From: Octopus vulgaris
Lineage: Eukaryota
Length of the DNA: 64,000 bases
Reading direction: 5' to 3'
NCBI GenBank assembly: GCA_951406725.2
Contig: OX597822.1
Coordinates: 43,772,001-43,836,000 of the forward strand
The notes under the pieces are model-generated. The model was given only the letters and a program-made list of their open reading frames with translations. It did no database searches and had not been told where the DNA came from. Shown here one piece after another: positions 43,242 to 56,376 of this stretch. The position numbers were made by a program, and so were the translations under genes. Within the stretch, counting starts at the first letter, position 1. Each line of letters starts with the position of its first letter.

Positions 43242-43644
43242 CAGCGTATATACAGCTATAGTAAACACTCACGCATACATATGCATTGCTGTATACACAC
43301 ATACACACACGCGCGCACACACATACATACTGAGGCATACACAGAAACGCACACATATAGATGTACACACATATGTATGTACACAACAAAGACATTTTGC
43401 ACGTTCTAGCACAAATCTGAGCACGAATTTTAATTTGATTGTTGAGATAGACAGGGAAAAGGAAAGAAACATGTGATGTGGTAGGAAGGGGAAGAGAGAG
43501 ATAGAAGTAGAGATGCAGGGAGAGAAAGGGCGAGGAAGAGAGAGAGGAAAAAAGAGTAAAAGATAGCGAGATGATAGGAGACAGTGAAATATTAGGAGCG
43601 ATGACATCGGATATGATGTTATATCCACGATTTGACATCTATAA

Positions 43645-44650
43645 CAGGTGGTGGTTATGATGGTGGTATATAGAATAGGGGGAGGAGAAGGAGGAGGAGG
43701 GTGAGATGATTATTGGAGTGAAAGTAACAGCAGCAGCAGTAGTGGTAGTAGTAGTAGTAGTAGTAGCAGTAGTAGCAGTAGTAGCAGCTACTTAGAAGAT
43801 ACTAAACAGACTAGTTTCAATAAATCTCTTATACTGTGGCACGAACTGAGTAAATTCCTTGAAGAATTTTTAATTTCCTCATTCTTCACAATAAGGGACG
43901 CCCACTGTTGAAGCGGCGGCGGTGGCGGTAGCGGTGGCGGTGACGATGGTGGTGATGTTTGTGGTGGTGGTGGTGGTGGTGTAGGTGGTGGTAGTGGTGT
44001 TGGTAGTTTTGGTGGTGGCATTGGTAGGAGTGGTATTGGTTGTGTTGGTGTGGTAGTAATGTTGGTGGTAGTAATGATATTGGTAGTGGGGTTGGTAGTA
44101 TGGTGTTGTTGTTGTTGTTGGTGGTGTTTTTGTTCTTGGTGGTGGGGGTGATGTTGTTGGTGATGGTGATAGAAATGTTTGTTGTGGTGGTGGTAGTGGT
44201 GGTGTTAATAGTGGTGGTGGTAGTTGTGGTGGTTGTAGTTGTGGTGGTGGTAGTTTTGGTGTTAATGGTGGTGATAGTAATAGTGTTGGTCGTCGTAGTT
44301 AATGGTGGTGGTAGTGGTGGTGGTCGTAGTTAATGGTGGTGGTGGTGGTGGTGGCGATGGTAGTATTGACGGTACAGCTGGAAGAGCTGGTGTTGGTTGT
44401 GGTGGGGGGTGTAAGTGGAAGTGAAAGCGTGGTGCGCTGATGGGTCGTTGGTGGATTTATGATGGTGGCGAGTGTGTGGTTTAGTGATGGTGATGGTGGG
44501 AGAGGGATGGTGCCTAGGTTAGTGATGACAAAAATGGCAAACGCTCTACTGATAGTGATATGGGAGACGGCGAGAGTGTGGTAGTTTTGATTTGGGGGGT
44601 GGTTTGCTGTTGGGGAAGGTTGTGATTATGTAGTGGTGGTCACGGTGCTA
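43645..44650. repeat. Degenerate (GGT/GTA/GTT)n low-complexity tract
   Basis: Direct reading. Confidence 0.92.
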
Positions 44651-44730
44651 GTCATCTTGATTGCAAGGGTGTAATAATAGTAAGCATAATTAAATCTCAG
44701 AATGAGATTGAAACAGTCATCGTTCGATAA

Positions 44731-44996
44731 TGTAAAGTATAGAAGCCATCTTATCATGGCTAACCACACTGGGGAGGGGGTGTTACTGTAGCTTTATAGC
44801 CCCAAGAGATCGTCGTCTCTAGCTGGCTTTAGACACAATATCAGTGCCCTTGGAGTATTTGCAAATACTCCAAGGGCACTGATATTGTGTCTAAAGCCAG
44901 CTAGAGACGACGATCTCTTGGGGCTATAAAGCTACAGTAACACCCCCTCCCCAATGTGGTTAGCCATGATAAATAAGATGGCTTCTATACTTTACA
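44731..44996. repeat. Near-perfect ~265-bp palindrome related to the family A unit
   Basis: Centred on GAGTATTTG|CAAATACTC at 44861/44862. Confidence 0.92.
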
Positions 44997-46217
44997 ATAA
45001 TAATAAGCCTTTCTGCTAAATCCTGTAATTTGGAAAATGAAGACTAGTCGATTGAATTGACCTCGGTGTTTCACTGATACTTAATTATCGACCCTGAAAG
45101 GATGAAAAGTAAAGTCGATATCGGCAGAATTTGAACTAAGAATGTACAAGACGAATGAAATGCTGCCAAGCTTTTTCCCGTTGTGTTAATGATTCTACAA
45201 GCTCACCTCCATAATGGTTTTCAAATTTTGGCACACGGCTAGCTGTTTCATGGATGTGCGTGAGTCGATTACTTATTTTATAGGGCCACACAAACGATGA
45301 ACGATAGAGCTGACCCTGGCAGAATTTGAACTCAGAACATCAAGGGTTGAGAGAATTTTTCCAATTTTCTAACGGTCCTGCCAGTTTAATGTACTCGGTG
45401 CCTTTATTACTGGAACATATGGAGCATTCACTGTCATCCAAGTTCAATTCCTACAAAAGCAGAAGACATTGTGCTTTATGAATATATAATTATTCTAAAA
45501 CAATCGTATCTTCTGTGAAAATTTTTAATCATGTGTCATCTCCGTTCTGTGACAAACTGAGATCAAACCCTACTAAGGTCGAAGACACTTCATTTCATTA
45601 ATATCTAAATATTCTGTACGCAACCTACATCTCTGCGAATGATCTTAAACTTGCCACAGTTTGTGAAATCATTAATTATACATGCAGATTTTCTATCAAA
45701 TATATCCACGCACAGGGATATAAAATATTGACCACATACTTATACAAAACAATTTTACATTAAATATCTGTGTGTGTGTGTGTGTGTGTGGCCATATATG
45801 TTTATGTGTGTGCGTATGTGTGAGTGTGTGTATGTGGGTGTGTGCGTACATTTGAGTGTGTATATGCGTGTTTCGCAAACAAGGTTCTTATCTTATATGT
45901 AAAGATTTCAGGTGGTTGACGTTAAACAAAACATAATCACTAGTAAGTTACTTATGATGATGATAACGATGATGAAGATGAAGATGAAGATGATGATTAA
46001 TAAGATGAAGTTTATGATGATCATAATTTCTTTTAAATGCTTATATTTCTGTACATACGTATATAATGCATACCTCTGTGTGTATATATGTATGTGTGTG
46101 TGTTTATGTTTGTGTGTCTGTGTTTGTCCCCCTAGCATCGCATGACAACCAATGGTGGTGTGTTTAAGTCCCCGTAACGCTTCATCAGAAGAGTACAGAG
46201 AGAGTATATATATGCCC

Positions 46218-46275
<58 letters not shown>

Positions 46276-46316
46276 ACATATATATACATAAATGTACATA
46301 TATATATGTGTGTGTG

Positions 46317-46377
<61 letters not shown>

Positions 46378-46604
46378 ATTAATCAATATAGGGTGTCAAA
46401 AAAAATTTTGTAGAATTCTTTTGCCACCAGCGGCCTAGTAGGAAAAAATTAAAATAGTCATAGACCATTTTTAAGTTCAACATCAACAATAAAGGAACGG
46501 CCATAATAGGCCATTCACCCACTAGAAATAACAGCCAAAGCTTCAACCGCAAATAAAAGTCAATTCAGTAAACCAGGAGAAAATTTAAAAACATTTACCC
46601 TGTA

Positions 46605-46711
46605 ATTTCTTATACGATATACCGTTTCATCTGCTGATTAATGGTAAACTAACCTGATTAAATTAAATCAAGCCAATCTTCCACAGGCCCTCAGATTCAT
46701 CAGTAAGAAAT
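46605..46711 (-). ncRNA. Type I hammerhead ribozyme, family B
   Basis: Reverse complement of 48569-48675. Confidence 0.88.
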
Positions 46712-46721
46712 AGCCCAAGAC

Positions 46722-46902
46722 GTAAAAAGCACCCACTACACTCTCGGAGTGGTTGGCGTTAGGAAGGGCATCCAGCCGTAGAAACACTGCCAGACTTGAC
46801 TGGGCCTGATAAAGCCTTCTGGCTTCACAGACCCCAGTAGAACCGTCCAACCCATGCTAGCATGGAAAACGGACGCTAAACGATGATGATGATGATGATG
46901 AT
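46722..46902 (+). mobile_element. 5'-truncated retroposon 3' end with (GAT)n tail (RTE-type tail)
   Basis: Absent from sister units of the array. Contains ggttggcgttaggaagggcatccagccgtagaaa and ends in (gat)7. Confidence 0.75.
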
Positions 46903-47278
46903 GGAACAGATATTTTCACGAGGCATTTCCGACGTTGCCAAGTTTATATCTGACCTAAAATTTTCAAATCGTCGCACTCGCGCCAAATTTATCGGCAGCA
47001 AATAAATATAAGCCGTCGATTCCATTACGGAATTAACCAGAAAATTCATAATTAATCAATATAGGGTGGCAAAAAAAATTTTGTAGAATTCTTTTGCCAC
47101 CAGCGGCCTAGTAGGGAAAAAATTAAAATAGTCATAGACCATTTTTAAGTTCAACATCAACAATAAAGGAACGGCCATAATAGGCCATTCACCCACTAGA
47201 AATAACAGCCAAAGCTTCAACCGCAAATGAAAGTCAATTCAGTAAACCAGGAGAAAATTTAAAAACATTTACCCTGTA

Positions 47279-47385
47279 ATTTCTTATACGATATACCGTT
47301 TCATCTGCTGATTAATGGTAAACTAACCTGATTAAATTAAATCAAGCCAATCTTCCACAGGCCCTCAGATTCATCAGTAAGAAAT
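47279..47385 (-). ncRNA. Type I hammerhead ribozyme, family B
   Basis: Reverse complement of 48569-48675. Confidence 0.88.
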
Positions 47386-47769
47386 AGCCCAAGACGGAAC
47401 AGATATTTTCACGAGGCATTTCCGACGTTGCCAAGTTTATATCTGACCTAAAATTTTCAAATCGTCGCACTCGCGCCAAATTTATCGGCAGCAAATAAAT
47501 ATAAGCCGTCGATTCCATTACGGAATTAACCAGAAAATTCATAATTAATCAATATAGGGTGGCAAAAAAATTTTGTAGAATTCTTTTGCCACCAGCGGCC
47601 TAGTAGGAAAAAATTAAAATAGTCATAGACCATTTTTAAGTTCAACATCAACAATAAAGGAACGGCCATAATAGGCCATTCACCCACTAGAAATAACAGC
47701 CAAAGCTTCAACCGCAAATAAAAGTCAATTCAGTAAACCAGGAGAAAATATAAAAACATTTACCCTGTA

Positions 47770-47876
47770 ATTTCTTATACGATATACCGTTTCATCTGCT
47801 GATTAATGGTAAACTAACCTGATTAAATTAAATCAAGCCAATCTTCCACAGGCCCTCAGATTCATCAGTAAGAAAT
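47770..47876 (-). ncRNA. Type I hammerhead ribozyme, family B
   Basis: Reverse complement of 48569-48675, 491 bp from the previous copy. Confidence 0.88.
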
Positions 47877-48568
47877 AGCCCAAGACGGAACAGATATTTT
47901 CACGAGGCATTTCCGACGTTGCCAAGTTTATATCTGACCTAAAATTTTCAAATCGTCGCACTCGCGCCAAATTTATCGGCAGCAAATAAATATAAGCCGT
48001 CGATTCCATTACGGAATTAACCAGAAAATTCATAATTAATCAATATAGGGTGGCAAAAAAAATTTTGTAGAATTCTTTTGCCACCAGCGGCCTAGTAGGA
48101 AAAAATTAAATAGTCATAGACCATTTTTAAGTTTAACATCAACAATCAAGGAACGGCCATAATAGGTATATCGTATAAGAAATTACAGGGTAAATGTTTT
48201 TAAATTTTCTCCTGGTTTACTGAATTGACTTTTATTTGCGGTTGAAGCTTTGGCTGTTATTTCTAGTGGGTGAATGGCCTATTATGGCCGTTCCTTTATT
48301 GTTGATGTTGAACTTAAAAATGGTCTATGACTATTTTAATTTTTTCCTACTAGGCCGCTGGTGGCAAAAGAATTCTACAAAATTTTTTTTGCCACCCTAT
48401 ATTGATTAATTATGAATTTTCTGGTTAATTCCGTAATGGAATCGACGGCTTATATTTATTTGCTGCCGATAAATTTGGCGCGAGTGCGACGATTTGAAAA
48501 TTTTAGGTCAGATATAAACTTGGCAACGTCGGAAATGCCTCGTGAAAATATCTGTTCCGTCTTGGGCT

Positions 48569-48675
48569 ATTTCTTACTGATGAATCTGAGGGCCTGTGGA
48601 AGATTGGCTTGATTTAATTTAATCAGGTTAGTTTACCATTAATCAGCAGATGAAACGGTATATCGTATAAGAAAT
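48569..48675 (+). ncRNA. Type I hammerhead ribozyme, family B (long stem II)
   Basis: atttctta-CTGATGA-ATCTG(about 58-nt structured loop)CAGAT-GAAAC(ggtatatc)GTA-taagaaat. 8-bp stem I. Predicted cleavage after A48667. Confidence 0.9.
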
Positions 48676-48794
48676 TACAGGGTAAATGTTTTTAAATTTT
48701 CTCCTGGTTTACTGAATTGACTTTTATTTGCGGTTGAAGCTTTGGCTGTTATTTCTAGTGGGTGAATGGCCTATTATGGCCGTTCCTTTATTGT

Positions 48795-48843
<49 letters not shown>

Positions 48844-48894
48844 AAATATTGAATTTCTAAATCTCTCGTAGAGACATGTACGGTGGTGGGGCGA

Positions 48895-49027
48895 TAGAAT
48901 GGTTGTATACTGTCAATCTAACAAGAACGTGACAGTAGGGGGTACACCACCACTTCCTAGGGCTATACAGCGGTGGTGTACCCCCTACTGTCACGTTCTT
49001 GTTAGATTGACAGTATACAACCATTCT

Positions 49028-49028
<1 letters not shown>
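48895..49028. repeat. Fold-back, 57-bp arms with 20-bp spacer
   Basis: 48895-48951 pairs with 48972-49028. Insert is TA-flanked. Confidence 0.92.
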
Positions 49029-49074
<46 letters not shown>

Positions 49075-49313
49075 AATACATACACAATAAGGAGTATATG
49101 TATATATAATCAATTCAACAATCAGTTATGATAACGAATAAAAAACGAAAAGAGGAAAAACAGAGAAAAAATCGAACGAGAGGATGTGCACAAAATTAGA
49201 TTTATGCTCGGTGAAAGGAGAGAAGTCTTAACGTTTTGAGCATAGCTCTTTGTCACAAAGGAGAAGGTAAAAACTCCAAAGAAGGAAAATTGCCACATAT
49301 ATGGTAGATAAGG

Positions 49314-49347
<34 letters not shown>

Positions 49348-49419
49348 TGTATGTATGTATGTATGTATGTATGTACGTACGTATGTATGTATATATTTAT
49401 TTCATTTTATTTTTATTTC

Positions 49420-49940
49420 ATCTAGTTTTAGCCCACGAGCTCTGTCCATGCTGGGGCACCGCCATTTGGTGTTGCTACATAATTTTACTTCACGAATGCT
49501 TTTTAGCAATTGACATTTGGTGCTTGAGAGAGTTTGATGCAGTTGCCCTCATCTGAACCTCATGCCGCGAAGTTGGTTCATCTTGGACACCTGACAGAAA
49601 GGGATCCAGCTTTATTTTGAAGATACCTACATCCACACCATGCAGGTCTCTCAGGTGCTTCGGGAGGATATTGAAAAGCTGTGGACCTCTGATGACCAGG
49701 ATATTGCAGTATCTTGTCCGACACCTTGATGGCAAATTTAGAGTCCTTGGCACTATGCAGTGGCGCCCAGTTCTAGTATTTCTGTAACTCTCGATGCCAA
49801 AGTTTGGGACAAGTCCCTCCAGGATAATTCAGACGTATATTATGGCATATCATTCTCGTATATGCTCTAAGGAATAGAGTCTTAATCTCTTGAGCCTATC
49901 CCAATAGCTTATATCCTGCATAGAGTCTATCTTCTTCGTG
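49420..49940 (-). mobile_element. Second, shorter 3' fragment of the same LINE family
   Basis: Diverged copy of ~50204-50724. Confidence 0.85.
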
Positions 49941-49944
49941 AATG

Positions 49945-49984
<40 letters not shown>

Positions 49985-50203
49985 CATATTGTCTCAACGT
50001 TCGAAACGCGGAGTAGATGAACCAGAGACAACTGATGAAGGATTATTCTTTATGTTCTCGTTTCTCTATTTGTTTCTTTCGTTATTCGAAAAAAATGTCC
50101 GTTTCCATGTTTTTGTTTTTTGTTCTCGTTTTTAATTTTGTTCCAGTTTTATTTTTACCTCCTGTACCCATATATTTTATTTTTTTATATTCATTTTATT
50201 TTA

Positions 50204-51775
50204 TCTAGTTTCAGCTCACAAGCTGTGGCCATGCTGGGGCACCGCCATTTGGTGTTGCTACATGATTTTACTTCACGAATGCTTTTTAGCAACTGCCATT
50301 TGGTGTATGAGAGAGTTCGATGCAGCTGCCCTCATCTGCACCTCCTGCCGTGAAGTTGGTTCATCTGGGACACCTGACAGGAAGAGATCCAGTCCTACTT
50401 TAAAGACATGTGCATCCACCCCATGCAGGTCCCTCAGGTTCTTGAAAAGAGGATATTGAAAAGCTGTGGGCCTCTGAAGCCCAGGCTATCACAGTATCTT
50501 GTCCTACATCTTGATGGCAAATTTGGAGTCCTTGGCACCACGCAGTGGATCCCAGTTCTGGCATTTGTGTAACTCTCGATGCCAAAGTTTGGGACAAGTC
50601 CTTCTAGGATCTTCCAGATGTATATTATGGCATATCTCTCTCGCCTACGCTGCAAGGAATAGAGTCTTAATCTCTTGAGTCTTTCCCAGTAGCTTATATG
50701 CTGCACAGAGGCTATCTTCTTCGTGTAGTTTCGTTGGATCGCCTCAAGTTCTGTCAACTTGACACTGGGTGGTGACCATAGCTGAGAGCAATAGTCAAAG
50801 TGGCTTAGGACAAGTGTCCCCCAGAGGACCATCATGGTTTCTTGGTCTCTTGTTCTAAAGGTTCTAAGAATCCATCCGGCCAGCCGCCTACATTTAATTG
50901 CCAATTTAGCAACATGTACATGAAAGGTTGCGTCATCACTCATGTAAATACCCAGGTCACGCACTGATTGCAATCCCTCCAGATCCAGTGTATTCATTGG
51001 GTATTGCATTTAGTTTTGCATGCTGATAGCATAAAGCTTGAAACTTTTCAGCATTGAACTACATGCTATTCTTTTCAGCCCACTTGTATATTTTGTCCAG
51101 ATCACATTGCATGTGCTTAGTGTCTTCAGGGTTCTGTATTGCCTGTGAAACTTTTGTATCATCTGCATAACTTGTAATCGTGGCTCTCTGCGTGGCTGAG
51201 GGCATGTCTGAAAGGGCCATTATGAACAGTAATGGTCCCAAAACAGTGCCCTGCGGAATACCGCTTACTATTTGCGTGTTAATGGAAGTGGCCCCATTGG
51301 CTACTACCACCTGACTTCTATCCTTCAGAAAGTCATGAAGCCATTCTCCCAATTTTCCAACTATGCCAAGATCACGCAGTTTGTGACATATCATTCCATG
51401 ATCGACTATATTAAAGGCATTTGCAAAGTCGAGATATATCACTTCCACATTTGAGTGGTTGAGCAGTCGTTTCAGCACCCAGTCATAGTGTTGTAGGATC
51501 TGAGTTAAGCAGCTTCTTCCTGGTCGAAAACCATGTTGGGTGTCAGGCAACAAGTCATTTTCTTCAAGGAAGGTGATTAGTTTCCTTCTGACTATTCGTT
51601 CCATGACCTTGCTGATGTGTGAGATCAGAGAGATAGGTCTGTAGTTCTTGGCCTCCGCTCTGCTACCTCCTTTATGAATAGGGCATATTTTACCTTCCTT
51701 CAGTTTTATTGGAAGTTTGCCAGTTGCAAGGAAGCTCTGAAAGAGGAACTGCAGTGGTCTTGCTAGGACTCTCTA
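50204..51775 (-). mobile_element. 5'-truncated CR1-group LINE (RT and 3' end)
   Basis: QHGFRPGRSC, YLDFANAF, SGIPQGTVLGPLLF, YADDTK in 51059-51604. C-terminus in 50434-51009. A-rich tail. Confidence 0.9.
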
Positions 51776-51859
51776 TGCATGTATATATATGTAGGTATGT
51801 ACATATATGTATGTATATATAAGCATATACATATTATTTATTATCTATATTATACATAG

Positions 51860-51891
<32 letters not shown>

Positions 51892-51907
51892 GTGTGTGTA
51901 CATACAC

Positions 51908-51957
<50 letters not shown>

Positions 51958-52024
51958 TATTCATATATATTCACATATATATGTATATATATATATATGT
52001 GAATATATGTGTATATATATATGC

Positions 52025-52087
<63 letters not shown>

Positions 52088-53163
52088 CATACATATTTTT
52101 ATACAGACAAAAACACATATGTATATATACATAGACATACAAAACTATAAACACGTTCACACACACTAACACACACGCACGCACACGCAGGCAGGCAGGC
52201 ACAAATACAGTTATGCATGTACGTATATCATCCGTTCGGCTTATTTTCAATGCTATATAGATTAGCAATACCAAACCTCATGTATTATTAACGATGTAAT
52301 TCATAGCAATATATTTCCATTTCCAATCTTAAAACTTACTGAAACAAAACCGCTTAATGCCTCCAACCTTGACCGGACAAGGCTTTATATATTGGGGAAA
52401 AAAATGAAGACACAATGCAAGCTACACATCTGCAAAGTGAACGACCGAAAATCGACTAAGCTATGCGAACAACTGGAAATCGACTATGAATCAGGAGGTT
52501 AACGATTCGGTTCAGAAGCACGGCTCTTAAGGGTATCGCGAAAGACTTGTTTCGAGGCCCAATCTTCTGAGTTCATTTACAGGACTTAGAAAAACTGCAC
52601 GGCTGTGTGTGGATCTGAGAACGGAATATGTTGAATAAAATCATAATCACTTTCTTTTCCAGTATTTTCTTTTAAACCAAACCAGGAACTTTCCAACTAC
52701 TTCTCTCTCACCGATACAATGTACATTCGTGTATACGCTTCTTTGTTGTAGTTTTAGTAAAGTTAGTCTTTAATCCTGCCTATATATTGATTGATTCATT
52801 CATTGAAATAATGTGGTTTTTAAGCTTTTGCTTTTATATTATACTACGGAAGGCGGTAGGGATTATAATTTTGCATGACTTAATAGATTTGTCGCTGTTT
52901 AGTTACGTATTTAGGAGTGGTTGTGATTTACTAATGGAATTTATTTATCGATACGGTTGTACATTGGGTTAAATGTGTTTGAAAGTTGTGGCTTCTTTGA
53001 TTTGTTTGTTCCCGAACAACACTAATGTTTGTACTGTAAACACCACCGAATTGAATGGTACTGCCCAGGTGTCGAAACCGTAATGATATCCGAAGGGCAG
53101 CAGATGATGGAGGTATGTTGGATTATTGGTATGGCTGTGGAATAGTGCTATACCACATCCTTT

Positions 53164-53234
<71 letters not shown>

Positions 53235-53706
53235 TGTCTGTCTGTCTATATATATATATATAACGAAAAAAGTTCTAATGACAAATATGCCGGAATTGGA
53301 CATATTGTCCATAACCATATAATTTTTCATAATACGCACGCTACTCGAAAAAAGATCGACAGAAATTTCTAAAAAATTCCATTATTACCATATCGGACCG
53401 ATTTCAGGGTTAGTTCATTAGAACCCTCCCTCCGTCAGTGATAAATGTGGCAAAGAAATAAATGAGATACTTACTCATACCCATACTCATTTATAAGTTG
53501 TTTATAAATTTAACCTTTAAAGGTATTTTTTAATATGCCGGCCGTTGACAAAATTTTTTTTCCCAAAAAAAGTTTATCCTACATTAGATATATATATATA
53601 TATATATATTTTGATAAGCATAACAAATGTGCAACCGGTAAAAAGAACCTTCACCTTATTAAATTACTTAAATTACTTCAATTATTTGTCAGCATTTTCT
53701 TCATTT

Positions 53707-53783
<77 letters not shown>

Positions 53784-54205
53784 ACAATTGCAGCGTGGAA
53801 GGTGTTTGTAAGCCATTTAAGAAACACACAAAAGCCGTTCGATTCACTACAACATTTAAGTTTAATTTGTCAATATATTTTCGTCGCTTTAAGACCGCGA
53901 CCTGTTTACTGACAAAAATCCAAATCCATGCTGCATCACGCATTTTTTTCTTTCCTTGATTTTACTCCTCTGCAAAGGAATTTTATTTAATGCTTTTGCA
54001 GGAATGACTGCTTCGACGGGTCGTGTTCTGTCCTTATCTTCGAAACACGCATTGAGTCGAACCAGGGACAGCTGATGAAGGGAAATATTCCTTGTATTGT
54101 TTGTCTTGTACTCTGTTTTTTCGTTGTTAAAACAAGTCCGTTTCCTAGTTTGTTTTTATGTTTTCGTTTCTCGTTGAGTTCTACGTCTATTTGTGGTGTC
54201 CTGTA

Positions 54206-54350
<145 letters not shown>

Positions 54351-55689
54351 ATTTACGAAAATAAACAAAAGACGAAGGCAGGTGGAGTACAAACAAACAA
54401 TTGTATTTGTATGGCGCTCAGGAATAGAAATAAAACAAGTCTTTTACGTTTCGAGCCTACGCTCTTCAACAGAAAGATACACAGAAAAGAAACACGGGGA
54501 GAAACAAGGAGAGAAAAAGAGGAGAGAAAAAAATATATGCATGTATATATACATGTAGATATAGGTACGTACATACATGTATGTATGTATGCATATATTT
54601 TATTTATTAAATTATTGTATGACTGAGCGCCCTCGCGTCGTTTCGTTTCGTTTCTTTTCTTTTCTCCAAGTAAGTTTATATATATATATATATATATCCA
54701 CGTTCACATACACACACACACATATACAGACATTTACGCATATAGTCCTTTCTATGATATGCACAAGGCCTGAAATTTGGGGGAAGGGTTCTAGCTAATT
54801 ACATTGACCCTATTGTTGGAATGGTATACATTTTATTGACGCCGAAAAGACAAAAGTCAAAGTCGAACGCGGTGGCATTTGAACTCAGAACCGGAAACAC
54901 ACAAAACGCCGTTTAGTGTTTTGGCCGGTGTGCTAACGATTCTGCCAGCTCTTCACCTTATATTGCATACATAATATGTTTGTGTAATACGCCTTTTGTT
55001 CATCTAGATGGCCGTATGTTTGCGTGTATTTGTGTTTAAATGTTTCATGTAAGATTGATTATTTGTGTAAGAAACATATTCTATTCTTGCATTCACACAC
55101 GGACGTGCACAACTCAAACACACACACACACATACAGATATAAACACACAGATACACACGCACACACATACACGCACAAATATACATGCACACAAACATA
55201 TATGCACACAAACACGCACGCACGCACATACATACACACACACATATATATTCACACGCACACAAACAAGCAACCACACAGAAATATACATATACATACA
55301 CATACACAAACACACACGTACGCACATACATGCATGCATACACACAGAGACACAAACACGCACGCGCCCACATGCATACATGCACACACACGCACAAATA
55401 CACACACGTACACAAACACACGTACACACACGCCTACACACAAACACACACACACACGCATACACACACACAGACACACACACACACACATATATATACA
55501 TGCATACGCACACACATCACACAAAGAAACTTAGAGCAAATTTGAACGTGAAAGATATGAGGAATCTACACGAGAGAGGAAAATAGAGAGAATGGAAAAC
55601 AGAGGGAAAGTTTGAAAGAGAGAGAGGATGGAAAAAGAAAATTTATACAAGAGGGAGAGGGAGAGAAAGATAGATAAACAGATAGACAC

Positions 55690-55744
<55 letters not shown>

Positions 55745-55977
55745 CGAAGTAGTGGAGAAGGAAAAAGAGATGTAGAAAGGGATAAATTTGACAGCTGAAT
55801 GGTCTTTTAATGGAATGCTTTCGATATTCCAAATGAAAGGTAAGCTGTGGAATGGAATTGGCGTTATTGATCTACCATAGTTTACAATAAGAAATCTATG
55901 GAAGCCTCTTCCATTTTCTCCTCGTTCATCTAATACATATATTTATAAATCTATCTATCTATCTATCTATCTATCTA

Positions 55978-56022
<45 letters not shown>

Positions 56023-56311
56023 CTCCATCTATCTATCTATACAAACAAAAAATATATATTATATACATAGACACACATATAAATATATGCGAGCATATAC
56101 ATATGCCTATGCACACAAGCACACACATACACACACACACACATATATATATACATATATATGTACATACATATGTATATACATATACATGTACATATAC
56201 ATACATATATATATATATATATATATGTACGTATGTATGTATGTATGTATGTATGTATGTATGTATGTATGTATGTATGTATGTATGTATCTATCTATAT
56301 CTATCTATCTA

Positions 56312-56343
<32 letters not shown>

Positions 56344-56376
56344 CTTTATTTAAAGCAGCAGAAAATTCAACAAAAC

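Larger units (their letters stand above)
46372..48797. mobile_element. HHR-bearing 491-bp repeat array (about 3.3 minus-strand units then 1.3 plus-strand units)
   Basis: Near-identical units. Orientation switches near 48165. Long (TA)n on both sides. The same 66-aa ORF recurs three times in the ORF track because of the repeat. Confidence 0.88.

Noticed and set aside
43788-44333. Poly-Pro and poly-Val ORFs
   Set aside because: Translations of a (GGT)n low-complexity tract.
47342-48612. Identical 66-aa ORF three times (also a 63-aa ORF twice at 13.1 and 13.7 kb)
   Set aside because: Identity follows from the DNA repeat. Starts are weak, no motif is recognisable, and the ORFs overlap the ribozyme.
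46372-48797. CRISPR array or satellite interpretation of the tandem repeats
   Set aside because: No unique spacers, eukaryotic context, few copies with an internal inversion.
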